Origin: an uncultured virus (IMG/VR IMGVR_UViG_3300011386_000023)
Lineage: Duplodnaviria; Heunggongvirae; Uroviricota; Caudoviricetes
DNA length: 64,000 nt
IMG/VR virus record: IMGVR_UViG_3300011386_000023
Strand: one strand, 5' to 3'
The translations under genes were made by a program, and so were the position numbers. Shown one piece after another: positions 1-9,474 of this stretch; position 1 is the stretch's first letter, and the number at the start of each line of letters is the position of its first letter. Below the pieces are notes generated by a model. It was not told the DNA's origin, ran no database searches, and worked only from the letters and a program-made list of their open reading frames with translations.

Positions 1-1191
1 ATGCTGACAGATGCTCAAGTTAGAAAAATCAAATCACTTGATAAGAAAAAACGTTATTCGGATGAAAAAGGACTCTATTTAGAGGTCACCCCATCAGGTG
101 GAAGATTCTGGCGTTTAAAATATCGGTTCAATGGTCGTGAAAGTACTTTAACTATTGGTAGCTATCCAGAAATCTCATTAGCTCAAGCTCGTCGCACCCG
201 TGATGAAGCTCGTATACAGCTTTATAAAAATATTGACCCTAATGCCATAAAGAATGATCGCCTTCAGCAAACTGATGAAAGTAAGCTATTTAAAGTCCTT
301 GCGATGGAATGGATGGAAGATCGTAAAGCCGTCATAAAAGAAGCAACTTATCTACGTGATTTATCTGTTTTCGAAAAAGATATATTCCCTGCATTGGGTA
401 ACATGCCCATTGATCAGATCAAAGGGAAAGATGTGCTTGCCTGCGCTAAAAAAATTGAAGCACGTGGTGCGCAAGAAATGGCCAAACGCTCCATTCCTTT
501 AACTGGGCGTATTTTCCGTTTTGCGATTCGTAAAGGATTGATTGAGAATGATCCTACCCCTCACCTTCACGAAGCCTTAAAGCCTCGTAAGGTGAAGCAT
601 ATGGCTCGATTGGATATTTCAGAATTTCCTCCTTTCCTTGAGCGTATGGATCGTTATCATGGTAATCCTGTGATTAAAACAGCATTACAACTGATGACTT
701 TAACTTTTGTTCGAACTGCTGAACTCAGAATGATGAAATGGGAGGAAATCGATTTTGAGAATAAGATATGGCGTATACCAGCCGAAAAAATGAAAATGGC
801 TTTACCTCATCTCGTTCCATTATCTACGCAAGCAATTGAACTACTAGAGAGCTTATTACCCCTCACAGGCAGAAAACCCTATGTTTTTTATAACCACAGC
901 ACAGCCAAGCCTATGAGTAGCAATGCAATTTTGTGCGTGATCCGTACGATGGGCTACAACGGTAAAATGACTGGACATGGCTTCCGTGGACTTGCATCTA
1001 CAACCCTACATGAACAAGGCTACATGCACGATGCGATTGAAATTCAATTAGCTCATAGAGTCGGTAATGCGGTTTCACAGGCGTATAACCATGCTCAGCA
1101 TTTAGAATACCGAACCAAGATGATGCAGGAATGGTCTGATTTTATTGATGGGTTAAGGGGGAAGATTGCAAATTTTCCAAAGCATGAGTGA
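1..1191 (+). CDS. int: P4-family tyrosine integrase with arm-binding N-terminal domain
   Basis: N-terminal MLTD..GLYLEVTPSG..WRLKYR..IGSYPEISLAQAR; catalytic R (VRTAE), HGFR, LAH and AYNHA motifs. Confidence 0.95.
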   Translation: MLTDAQVRKIKSLDKKKRYSDEKGLYLEVTPSGGRFWRLKYRFNGRESTLTIGSYPEISLAQARRTRDEARIQLYKNIDPNAIKNDRLQQTDESKLFKVLAMEWMEDRKAVIKEATYLRDLSVFEKDIFPALGNMPIDQIKGKDVLACAKKIEARGAQEMAKRSIPLTGRIFRFAIRKGLIENDPTPHLHEALKPRKVKHMARLDISEFPPFLERMDRYHGNPVIKTALQLMTLTFVRTAELRMMKWEEIDFENKIWRIPAEKMKMALPHLVPLSTQAIELLESLLPLTGRKPYVFYNHSTAKPMSSNAILCVIRTMGYNGKMTGHGFRGLASTTLHEQGYMHDAIEIQLAHRVGNAVSQAYNHAQHLEYRTKMMQEWSDFIDGLRGKIANFPKHE

Positions 1192-1371
1192 TTGAAGGGA
1201 AAAAATTTATCGAAGGAGTAGTAATTCCACGAAAACTCCAAAATAAAACATTCATATTAAACAGAAAGATATTTTTGTAACAAAATTTTAAAGAATAGTA
1301 GATCAACTAGTATACGAAGAAAATTAATGGTATTTTCCAATTTGATAAGATTTAAAAAAATAAGGTAAAAT

Positions 1372-2070
1372 ATGATCCAATCCCCCTCTAGTACGCAAAA
1401 GCGTAATAGAAACCTTTTAATACAGTACTTTGCAAAGGAAATTAATACCGATTTTGCTATTGATCTGGAAATGTTATTACTTTCAAAGCAAACACTCATT
1501 AATCAAGTTACCAATGCAATTCCGCGTAAAGAGTTTAGCTCAAGATTAAATGGTTATTGTCTGCATTTTTTAGGCACAAGTGCCTTAGAAGAAGCATGTC
1601 AAAAGTACAATTTAACGTATCAAGTTGAATCGACTAATGGTAGAAAGGGGGGAGAATATGGGCTAGTTATTTCAGAAAATTTTGTTTTAGCATTCTCTAA
1701 TAATCTTCGATCGGCTAAAGATAGAAGCACTTATCAGACTAAATATGCTGAAACAAATGGAATGCTAGGTTTGTCTCAAGCAGAGTTTGACTTTGGTGAC
1801 TGCATTGCTCACGTTAAAACTGATGAAGACCAGTTCTATGTTGTGGTTGGGTTTAAAAGAAATAGTCTCAACTCAACCTATGATTTAGTTTTTACCGTAC
1901 CTGATGATAACGGTAATAAAATTTTTGATTTTTATATCAAAGATTTAGTGGATGCAGTAAATATACCATTTGATGATAGTACAGAAGCTAATGAAGCTGA
2001 AAGTACAAGCTTAGATCAGAAAGATCCATCAGTTAAATTGAAGTTAAAACGTAGAATATCTGATCTTTGA
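1372..2070 (+). CDS. Hypothetical protein; candidate toxin/effector partner of the downstream XRE-metallopeptidase
   Basis: 232-aa ORF ending 21 bp before the XRE/ImmA gene on the same strand. Confidence 0.7.
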   Translation: MIQSPSSTQKRNRNLLIQYFAKEINTDFAIDLEMLLLSKQTLINQVTNAIPRKEFSSRLNGYCLHFLGTSALEEACQKYNLTYQVESTNGRKGGEYGLVISENFVLAFSNNLRSAKDRSTYQTKYAETNGMLGLSQAEFDFGDCIAHVKTDEDQFYVVVGFKRNSLNSTYDLVFTVPDDNGNKIFDFYIKDLVDAVNIPFDDSTEANEAESTSLDQKDPSVKLKLKRRISDL

Positions 2071-2091
2071 TTCTATATCAGGAGTACTTAA

Positions 2092-3291
2092 ATGCGTGGT
2101 GTCATGCAATTTGATGGTGGACGCCTTATCCAAGCTTTAGATGCTCGAGGTATGACTAAGACCTCATTATGTAATTTAATTGATTATAGTAGTGGAACCG
2201 TTTCTAAGTGGGCAAAAGGACAGCAATATCCTGAATCTATTGCTGTGCAAAAAATTAGTAAGGCACTACAAGTTCCTGAAAATTGGTTTTTAAAGCCATC
2301 TTTAGATTTCGGCTCAGAGGTTAGCTTCTTTAGATCAAATGCCTCCACAACTCAAATGTATAGAAAGAAAGCTATTAGCCATCTTCAAATGACTTATGAG
2401 TGTAATCTAGAGCTAGAAAATTGGATTGACTATCCAGCAGTATTTTTTCCTCGTATTCTGAGCCGAGAAGAAGGTTTATCTTTAGATTTAGCAGAGATTG
2501 AAAATATTGCTAATTTTTATAGAGATCAATGGAATTTGGGCCGTGGGCCTATAAAAAATTTAATTAGAGTATTGGAAAATGTAGGAACAATAATTGTTAA
2601 AGAACAATTAGGCTCTACGAGTATGGATGGTGTATCTAAATGGTTTTTTGATAGACCATATATTCTGATTGCAAGTGATAAGGCTAGTGCTTGCCGTAAT
2701 CGTTTTGACGTGGCCCATGAATTAGCACACTTAATTTTACATAAAAATTTAACTCCTGAAGATTATGAATTAGGTTACAAACGTATAGAAGATGAAGCAC
2801 ATTATTTTGCTGCATGTTTTTTATGCCCTTCTGAAAGTGTAAGTTTCGACCTTTATAGATCAACTTTAGACTCTTTAGTCCTCGTAAAACAGAAATGGAA
2901 GGTGTCTATAGGAGCTTTAATCATGAGAGGTAAAGCATTAGATATTATTTCTGATGAGTATGCTGAAAGATTATGGCGTAATTATAGCTATCGGAAATGG
3001 AGACAAAGAGAACCTTTAGATGACTCTATTGAACAAGAAAAACCATCTTTATTAAGTAAGAGCATTAGGCTGCTTATAGATGAAAAAGTCTTTACTAAAC
3101 AAATGCTAAAGAATGATTTATCCTTGTATGATCATGACATTGAATTATTATGTGGATTACCTAAAGGTTATATGTCTGAAACATTTGGAACTTTAGTACA
3201 ATTAAAAGATCATATTAGGAGCGATACAAAAAAAATTGAGTACCTTGATAGTGATAACAAGATTATTAAAATGAATAGAACTAAATTATAA
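2092..3291 (+). CDS. XRE HTH + ImmA/IrrE (M78) Zn-metallopeptidase
   Basis: N-terminal HTH (RLIQALDARGMTKTSL..VSKWAKG); RFDVAHELAHLILH HExxH motif; EDEAHYFAACFLCP; AGGAG RBS. Confidence 0.92.
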   Translation: MRGVMQFDGGRLIQALDARGMTKTSLCNLIDYSSGTVSKWAKGQQYPESIAVQKISKALQVPENWFLKPSLDFGSEVSFFRSNASTTQMYRKKAISHLQMTYECNLELENWIDYPAVFFPRILSREEGLSLDLAEIENIANFYRDQWNLGRGPIKNLIRVLENVGTIIVKEQLGSTSMDGVSKWFFDRPYILIASDKASACRNRFDVAHELAHLILHKNLTPEDYELGYKRIEDEAHYFAACFLCPSESVSFDLYRSTLDSLVLVKQKWKVSIGALIMRGKALDIISDEYAERLWRNYSYRKWRQREPLDDSIEQEKPSLLSKSIRLLIDEKVFTKQMLKNDLSLYDHDIELLCGLPKGYMSETFGTLVQLKDHIRSDTKKIEYLDSDNKIIKMNRTKL

Positions 3292-3296
3292 AGATT

Positions 3297-3344
3297 TATG
3301 ATTCATAGACATCATCTAAGTATAGTTGGTGTCTATGAATCATA
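3297..3344. terminator. 18-bp stem hairpin between convergent genes, probable bidirectional terminator
   Basis: TATGATTCATAGACATCA-N12-TGGTGTCTATGAATCATA (one G-T pair). Confidence 0.6.
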
Positions 3345-3374
3345 CAGTTAAAGTTAAATAAGAATCCACTTTAT

Positions 3375-4298
3375 CTAGAGTATACCTGTACCAGTTTGAT
3401 GCTTGAGTAAAGCAGCTAATTGAGAACCTGACTTCAATTTTTCCATATACGGGCAACCTTGGTCATTAGGTGCCCAATGTGGACATCTTAGATAATATTG
3501 ATCTAACAACCCAACGCCATTCTTTTTCTTTTGTAAAATCATCGGCTCAGCATGCATTGGGCAACAAACAATGTTAACACCTTGCTTTTTATTCCTTAGA
3601 TCAGACTGTAAATCATCCATACGTTCTATAATACTTTCAGACGTACTATGATCCTGAAGAATAATATTGAAGTCTTGAGCTGAAAGACTAAATTCAGGTG
3701 CGGATGTATCTGTCATTAATGCTAAGTCTTGTCGAGATAAATTTTCACGATATTCACATAAACGAACCTGTTTATTATTAAAATACCAACCTGTACATCC
3801 CCAATAGAAATCTTGTGGGTTAACATGAACTAAATTACGTGCCCACTGTAATTTCATAAGTCTTTGACATTTAGGGCATGTCTTTGCCATGGTATCTGCA
3901 AAAGCATTCCATTGAAGGACATGGGTTGTTTCTAGATCAATATCAACTTTATGAATATTATTTTCATTCTGTTGAAATCTATCAGCAGCAATAATTTGAC
4001 TATCACTTTTAATGCCTTGTTTTAGAAAATTTCTTTCCTCATCAAGCTCATACAGCCTCTTACGTTGTTGTTCAGTAATACGTCCTGCTTCATTCAATTT
4101 TCTACGCAAAAATTGAATTTCTTGATTAAGCTCATGTATTTGATCTTGTTTTTTGTCTCGTTCATCGTAGACAGTCTTTGTCACGATTTCTTTTGCCGTG
4201 AAATAGGTTTTGACTGTAGAAACGACTTCAGAAACTACGCTCACTGCTGCACTGAATAAAGACCCAATGCCAGAAAACAACATATCAAAAAAGCCCAT
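3375..4298 (-). CDS. Hypothetical protein with amphipathic N-terminus, coiled coil and two topoisomerase-type Zn-ribbon-like motifs
   Basis: CPKCQRLM..FYWGCTGW..C and CPMHAEPM..YYLRCPHW..C; GAGG RBS. Confidence 0.7.
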   Translation of the reverse strand: MGFFDMLFSGIGSLFSAAVSVVSEVVSTVKTYFTAKEIVTKTVYDERDKKQDQIHELNQEIQFLRRKLNEAGRITEQQRKRLYELDEERNFLKQGIKSDSQIIAADRFQQNENNIHKVDIDLETTHVLQWNAFADTMAKTCPKCQRLMKLQWARNLVHVNPQDFYWGCTGWYFNNKQVRLCEYRENLSRQDLALMTDTSAPEFSLSAQDFNIILQDHSTSESIIERMDDLQSDLRNKKQGVNIVCCPMHAEPMILQKKKNGVGLLDQYYLRCPHWAPNDQGCPYMEKLKSGSQLAALLKHQTGTGIL

Positions 4299-4313
4299 AA
4301 TTTCCTCGTAAAA

Positions 4314-4342
4314 GAAAGTCTATGACTAAGTCATAGACTTTC
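4314..4342. terminator. Perfect 13-bp hairpin downstream of res
   Basis: GAAAGTCTATGAC-TAA-GTCATAGACTTTC, followed by a T-rich run on the minus strand. Confidence 0.6.
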
Positions 4343-4348
4343 GATTGC

Positions 4349-7300
4349 TTATTTCACTAAGTTCATCAAACTGCTAAAACTATCAATCACCGAATAATGA
4401 ACTACCTCCTCCAATGATTGATTTTCTTGATTTAAAGTAGCGAAGAACTTTTTAGCACTGTCAATTTTACGTTTCTCTTTTTCCCTTAGGTCACTGTCTA
4501 GCATTGAGCCTTTAGTTTCTGCAACGAAATATATTTGGCGCACTTTATCCTTATTGAAAGCAATTGCCCAATCAGGGTTATAGCTACCGAAATTCGTAGG
4601 AATCTGGAAACAATCAGGGAGTTTAGCGTAGACGACCACCTCATCTGCACCATCCAGCTCCTCAACAAATTTACGCTCATTATCAGAGTCAGTGACTACG
4701 TAATCCCAAATATGACGCTCTGCCTTATACGCCTGTAATGGAATATTCTCATTACTTACAAATATTTCATTGTCAGGATAAGTACTATCTAAAGGGTTGT
4801 ATTTCAGTCCTTGAATGACCATTTTTGCTTGCTGTTCGTTGATGATACGACTAATTTCACGAATGAAAGCTTCTGGATTCAACTTAAACTGTGCAAATAC
4901 CGCAGCGTTAATTCCCTGTAAGATACGGGCAACCGTTTTACGAGTGAGATTGGTATCATCGGCAATATTGCCAATTAGGTCATAGGTCACTTGAGACAGA
5001 ATAGAAATATTAGCAACCTCAGTTTTTGAAGTCACTTTCCCAAACATTTCTTTGGCTTTGACTTGCTCATAGGTGGATTCATCATTCTGCGTTGCTTCAG
5101 CAAGTTTATAACTCAGTGTTTCCACAAACTTGTTGTTTCGCTCGACAGCAGTACGTTCAACAGCACTAATGCTTTGCTCAATGAGTTTTTCAGAATCTAA
5201 ATGAATTTGATAAACGGCTTTTCGATTAATTCGAGACCATAAAGCCTGAAACTCTTTACGTTCTAAATTGGCTTGGTTGATCGTATTGGTTAGCTTCTTA
5301 TTGCCATTATCAGCCATACCCTCCAAAGCTTTAGGATCAAACAGCCCATCAATCAGCTTGTGAATTTGCTGAGTATATGCAACCAAGTTTTCAGGCAATT
5401 CAGCCAGCGTACCTTGCTCTTTCGCTTCGTGATACTTTGGCGTTAACTGATCATTGTCATCAATATAATCGTGCTTAGACAGATGCTTATTAATCTGCTT
5501 TGCCATCAATTCAGTGACTTCAACACTAGACCCATCGGATAACTTAAAGATTTTCCCTTTAAAGTAATCAGGGGTAGCTTGTATCGGGCGATTCTGAATC
5601 GTATCCAGAATTTCTGATTGTAGATTCGACACAAACTCTTTGTAACTTTCATTGGTGACAACTGTGAGATTATTCAGTTTATGAATTTCTCCTAATGCCC
5701 CTTGGAAATGGTTGGCATCCATACGTTCGCCAAATTTATTCACTGCAAGGCGCATACCACGGCCAACTTCTTGGCGACGAGAAATTACATTATCTGAATG
5801 CTTTAAAGTACAGATCACAAACACGTTCGGGTTATCCCAACCTTCCCGTAAGGCTGAGTGAGAGAAGATAAAACGAACATTCTTTTTTTGTTTATCCAGT
5901 TCAGAATCAAGTGGGTCTGGTAAAGCTAAAAGTGATTCTTTGTCTTTAAGAATTAGATCATAAGCATCTATATCATTCGAAACCTGAGCTTCTTCAGCTT
6001 TCTTATCAATTGCTGGATTGGCAAGACGTTTTGATTTCTTATCAATTGAGAAATAACCGTTGTGAGTACGGTCAACCTCAATTGCTTTCAGATAGTCAAA
6101 ATATGGGTCATTTTCTAAATTTAGATCCACGACTTCATTGAGTACCTGTTGATACTGTTCCTTGAAAATTTGAACGTATTCGCCATCTACAGGATTATTA
6201 TCCTCATCATATTGACGATATTTTGCCACTTCATCAATGAAGAAAAGACTCAGGACTTTAATACCCTGTTTGTATAACTGACGTTCTTTTTGAATATGTG
6301 CACGAATCGTTTCACGGATCTGAATGGTTCGCATGATCTTTTCATCAACATGCCCTAATGCTTCACCCACATGAATTTTTGTGCCATTCAAGAAAGTCAC
6401 CGAGTTATCTCGTGCATCAATATCTGAGACGACATAACGGTCATTGTATTGTTCAGCTTTATTGGAAATAGCGTAAAGGTTATCACCTTGACTAACCTTC
6501 CTTACTTCACGTTTAAAGCCATTCTTGGTTTCAATCTCAATTTCCAAACGAGCGACAGGTGCAGATTTAGATACAATGATGTCTTGTAAGTATAAATACC
6601 CATGTGTACCTGTTAAGCCTTGTACTTCCACACCTTTTACAGTGATTTTTTTCACAAGTTTTTGGTTATAGGCATCCAAAGCATCCAAACGGTAAACGAG
6701 GTTATAATTGCGCTTATGTGTCGCGGAATAACGCAAAATAAATAACGGGTTGAAGTTAGATAAAGACTCTAGGGTTTTATCCGCGCCCATCTTTTGCGGT
6801 TCATCCAAGATCAAAATTGGACGGTTACGACTAATCACATCAATTGGACGACGCGATTGGAATTCATCCAGTTCATCATAAATACGACGGTTATCTTTAC
6901 CTGTCGCATTGAAGGCTTGAACGTTAATGACCATGACGTTAATACCACCATTTGAGCTAAAGCTTTCCAAATGGTGTAATGCTTTGGAATCATAGATAAA
7001 GAAACGCGCCTTTTTGCCGTACTGTTCTTGAAAGTGATCAGCCATCATATTTAGGCTTTTATAAACACCCTCACGAATGGCAATGCTTGGTACGACCACA
7101 ATAAATTTCGACCAGCCATACTGCTTATGCAGTTCAAACATAGAACGAATATAACAGTAGGTTTTACCTGTACCAGTTTCCATTTCAATATCAAGGTTTA
7201 ATTGGCTTTGGGTTAGGTTCTTGCCTTTGCCATTATCATCCGTGATGAGTTGAGATGATCTTTGTAATCCACTTGCTGCTTGTACGTCCTGAATGTTTTT

Positions 7301-7552
7301 CAATACAGCTTGCAGATCAAAAATATGAGCATTCTCAAAACCAACGTCTGCAATCACTTTTTTAGCCTTGCCACCTTGTAAGTCCAAGGTTTCTTCAAGC
7401 ATATCAACCTGTGCAGTTGCTTTTTTAACTTTAGCTGCACCTTGGTCGATCATGTAACGATGACCTTCAGAACGTGGTTGTCCTTTAAAGCAATCCACAA
7501 TCGCTTGTACAGAGTCTTTCTGATACCCAAGGGTTTTAAAACGGATTTCCAT
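4349..7552 (-). CDS. res: Type III restriction endonuclease Res subunit
   Basis: METGTGKT Walker A, DEPQ, YSATH, SALREGWDNPNVF, QEVGRGMR; C-terminal NPDWAI..FVAETKG nuclease motif. Confidence 0.95.
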   Translation of the reverse strand: MEIRFKTLGYQKDSVQAIVDCFKGQPRSEGHRYMIDQGAAKVKKATAQVDMLEETLDLQGGKAKKVIADVGFENAHIFDLQAVLKNIQDVQAASGLQRSSQLITDDNGKGKNLTQSQLNLDIEMETGTGKTYCYIRSMFELHKQYGWSKFIVVVPSIAIREGVYKSLNMMADHFQEQYGKKARFFIYDSKALHHLESFSSNGGINVMVINVQAFNATGKDNRRIYDELDEFQSRRPIDVISRNRPILILDEPQKMGADKTLESLSNFNPLFILRYSATHKRNYNLVYRLDALDAYNQKLVKKITVKGVEVQGLTGTHGYLYLQDIIVSKSAPVARLEIEIETKNGFKREVRKVSQGDNLYAISNKAEQYNDRYVVSDIDARDNSVTFLNGTKIHVGEALGHVDEKIMRTIQIRETIRAHIQKERQLYKQGIKVLSLFFIDEVAKYRQYDEDNNPVDGEYVQIFKEQYQQVLNEVVDLNLENDPYFDYLKAIEVDRTHNGYFSIDKKSKRLANPAIDKKAEEAQVSNDIDAYDLILKDKESLLALPDPLDSELDKQKKNVRFIFSHSALREGWDNPNVFVICTLKHSDNVISRRQEVGRGMRLAVNKFGERMDANHFQGALGEIHKLNNLTVVTNESYKEFVSNLQSEILDTIQNRPIQATPDYFKGKIFKLSDGSSVEVTELMAKQINKHLSKHDYIDDNDQLTPKYHEAKEQGTLAELPENLVAYTQQIHKLIDGLFDPKALEGMADNGNKKLTNTINQANLERKEFQALWSRINRKAVYQIHLDSEKLIEQSISAVERTAVERNNKFVETLSYKLAEATQNDESTYEQVKAKEMFGKVTSKTEVANISILSQVTYDLIGNIADDTNLTRKTVARILQGINAAVFAQFKLNPEAFIREISRIINEQQAKMVIQGLKYNPLDSTYPDNEIFVSNENIPLQAYKAERHIWDYVVTDSDNERKFVEELDGADEVVVYAKLPDCFQIPTNFGSYNPDWAIAFNKDKVRQIYFVAETKGSMLDSDLREKEKRKIDSAKKFFATLNQENQSLEEVVHYSVIDSFSSLMNLVK

Positions 7553-7569
7553 TATCTAATCTAACCCTC

Positions 7570-9468
7570 TTAAAGAAACTTGACTTCGGTATCTGGAGAG
7601 AGCTGTTTAAAGCGTTCTTTGATATTGGTTTTATCATGATCAAGATGGATGGCTTTTTCTGCCGATACGAAGCGTAAAGGATGATCTTTAGCAACTTCAT
7701 CCACCACATCAAAGTTCAATTCATCAAAACATACCACAAGGCTATTTCCTGCAACAAAGAATACCTCTTTACCTGCAACAATTTTAAGCTCAATTGGTAA
7801 TGAAAGCTCAAGCCCCCAATCCAACATGACTTGGAACAAGAGGTCTTCAGATGTACGGTCTTCTTTAATATTTGAAGCTAAATCCAGCATATCGGCTTGT
7901 TTTACAGCATCAGGGGTGTAATACACATCCTTCATATTAGTCGAGTCAATTTTTAAAACACGGAAACCTATATCTAAATTCCTGATGCCTTCTTTATCCG
8001 TATTTTCTCCAACTATTTTCTTACCTGCGCGACGAATCCGTTCCTTAGATAAAGCAGCAATATTTGGATATAAATTATGTTTTAAACAATATTCTAAAGC
8101 TTCTTTCTGCTTAACTGCATCAATAGGTTCATCAATTTGAACCATTATGAATCTACGATTCCCTTTATCTTCATTATTTAATTCTATTACTGCATGTGCA
8201 GTTGTAGAAGAGCCTGCAAAAAAATCAAGTATAAGTGGCTGATTATTTTTATCTTCAAAAGTAAATAATTTAAGCATTCTTTTGATCAATTCAACTGGTT
8301 TAGGGGTATCAAAGGTTTTCCCCTCCATTAGGCTTTGTAAATTTCTCGTAGCTGATGAAGTTAGGCCTGCATTATCCCACCACGTTGTATCTGTTTTTCT
8401 GCTCGCCTGGGCATCTTTCAGAAAATATTTTTGTTGTAAGCCATTCGCTGTTTTAATAATCAAGCCATCATCAAATTTACTTTGCATAGTTTCTTTTGAA
8501 TAACGGAAATATCCAGCTACTCCTAAAAACTCATAAAATGGATTGCCTTTTTTCGCACCTCCAGGGCCGTCCACTGGTGATTGTTTCCATGGACCACGAG
8601 CATCATTATCTGGATTAGAAAACCCTTCTAAATCAGGATCCAATCCAATATTTTTTCTATTTTTAAATACTTCATCTAAATTTTTAGAAAATAGTAAAAT
8701 ATGATTATGATTGCTAGAGATGATTTTATCATTCGATACGGAAGCTCTAGCTTTATGGCAAATTTGTGCAATTAATTGATTTGAACCGAAAACTTCATCA
8801 CAAATTTTTCTTAAATTATGTACTTCATTATCATCACAACTAATAAAAATTACTCCATTCTCTGCAAGTAGATTTCTTGCTAACTTTAAACGGCTATACA
8901 TCATACTCAGCCAATCTGAATGAAAACGGCCATTACTTTCAGTATTCGCGATTAAGCGATTTCCTTCTTCATCGACTTGATTGGAACGTTCAAAAAATAC
9001 ATTAGTACTTTCAGCAAAATCATCTTCATAAATAAAGTCATTACCCGTGTTATAGGGTGGGTCTATATAAATCATTTTGACCTTACCCAAGTAATTTTCT
9101 TGCAGAAGTTTTAGTGCTTCGAGGTTATCACCTTCAATAAACAAGTTTTCCGTTGTATCAAAATTGATACTTTCCTCACGGCATGGACGTAAGGTTTTCG
9201 CAATCGGTGCATTGGCGGTTAGAATAGATTCTTTCTTTCCCACCCAATCTAAACGGTAACGTTCTTGCTCACCCTCAACTAAGACTTGAGAAAGCTCTTG
9301 TTTAAGCAAATCAAAATCAACGGCTTTTTTTAGCTCACCATTTTCACCTTGTGCTTCCGTCACACAGTTTGGGAATAGTGCTGCAATTTTTTCGATGTTG
9401 CTATCGACTAGGTTAGGGCTGTGCATTTTTAACTGGTCTTGGTTTGACATCTTCATCATCTCAATCAT
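7570..9468 (-). CDS. mod: Type III R-M Mod subunit (N6-adenine methyltransferase)
   Basis: IEGDNLEALKLL, IYIDPPYNTG (DPPY), FDTPKP, DFFAGSSTT; adjacent to res. Confidence 0.95.
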   Translation of the reverse strand: MIEMMKMSNQDQLKMHSPNLVDSNIEKIAALFPNCVTEAQGENGELKKAVDFDLLKQELSQVLVEGEQERYRLDWVGKKESILTANAPIAKTLRPCREESINFDTTENLFIEGDNLEALKLLQENYLGKVKMIYIDPPYNTGNDFIYEDDFAESTNVFFERSNQVDEEGNRLIANTESNGRFHSDWLSMMYSRLKLARNLLAENGVIFISCDDNEVHNLRKICDEVFGSNQLIAQICHKARASVSNDKIISSNHNHILLFSKNLDEVFKNRKNIGLDPDLEGFSNPDNDARGPWKQSPVDGPGGAKKGNPFYEFLGVAGYFRYSKETMQSKFDDGLIIKTANGLQQKYFLKDAQASRKTDTTWWDNAGLTSSATRNLQSLMEGKTFDTPKPVELIKRMLKLFTFEDKNNQPLILDFFAGSSTTAHAVIELNNEDKGNRRFIMVQIDEPIDAVKQKEALEYCLKHNLYPNIAALSKERIRRAGKKIVGENTDKEGIRNLDIGFRVLKIDSTNMKDVYYTPDAVKQADMLDLASNIKEDRTSEDLLFQVMLDWGLELSLPIELKIVAGKEVFFVAGNSLVVCFDELNFDVVDEVAKDHPLRFVSAEKAIHLDHDKTNIKERFKQLSPDTEVKFL

Positions 9469-9474
9469 TTAATC

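Noticed and set aside
1..1371. Island att site or tRNA target
   Set aside because: The window starts at the integrase ATG; no tRNA or paired direct repeat could be identified in view.
7570..9468. Phase-variable mod (phasevarion)
   Set aside because: No simple-sequence repeat tract seen in or upstream of mod, and the frame is intact.
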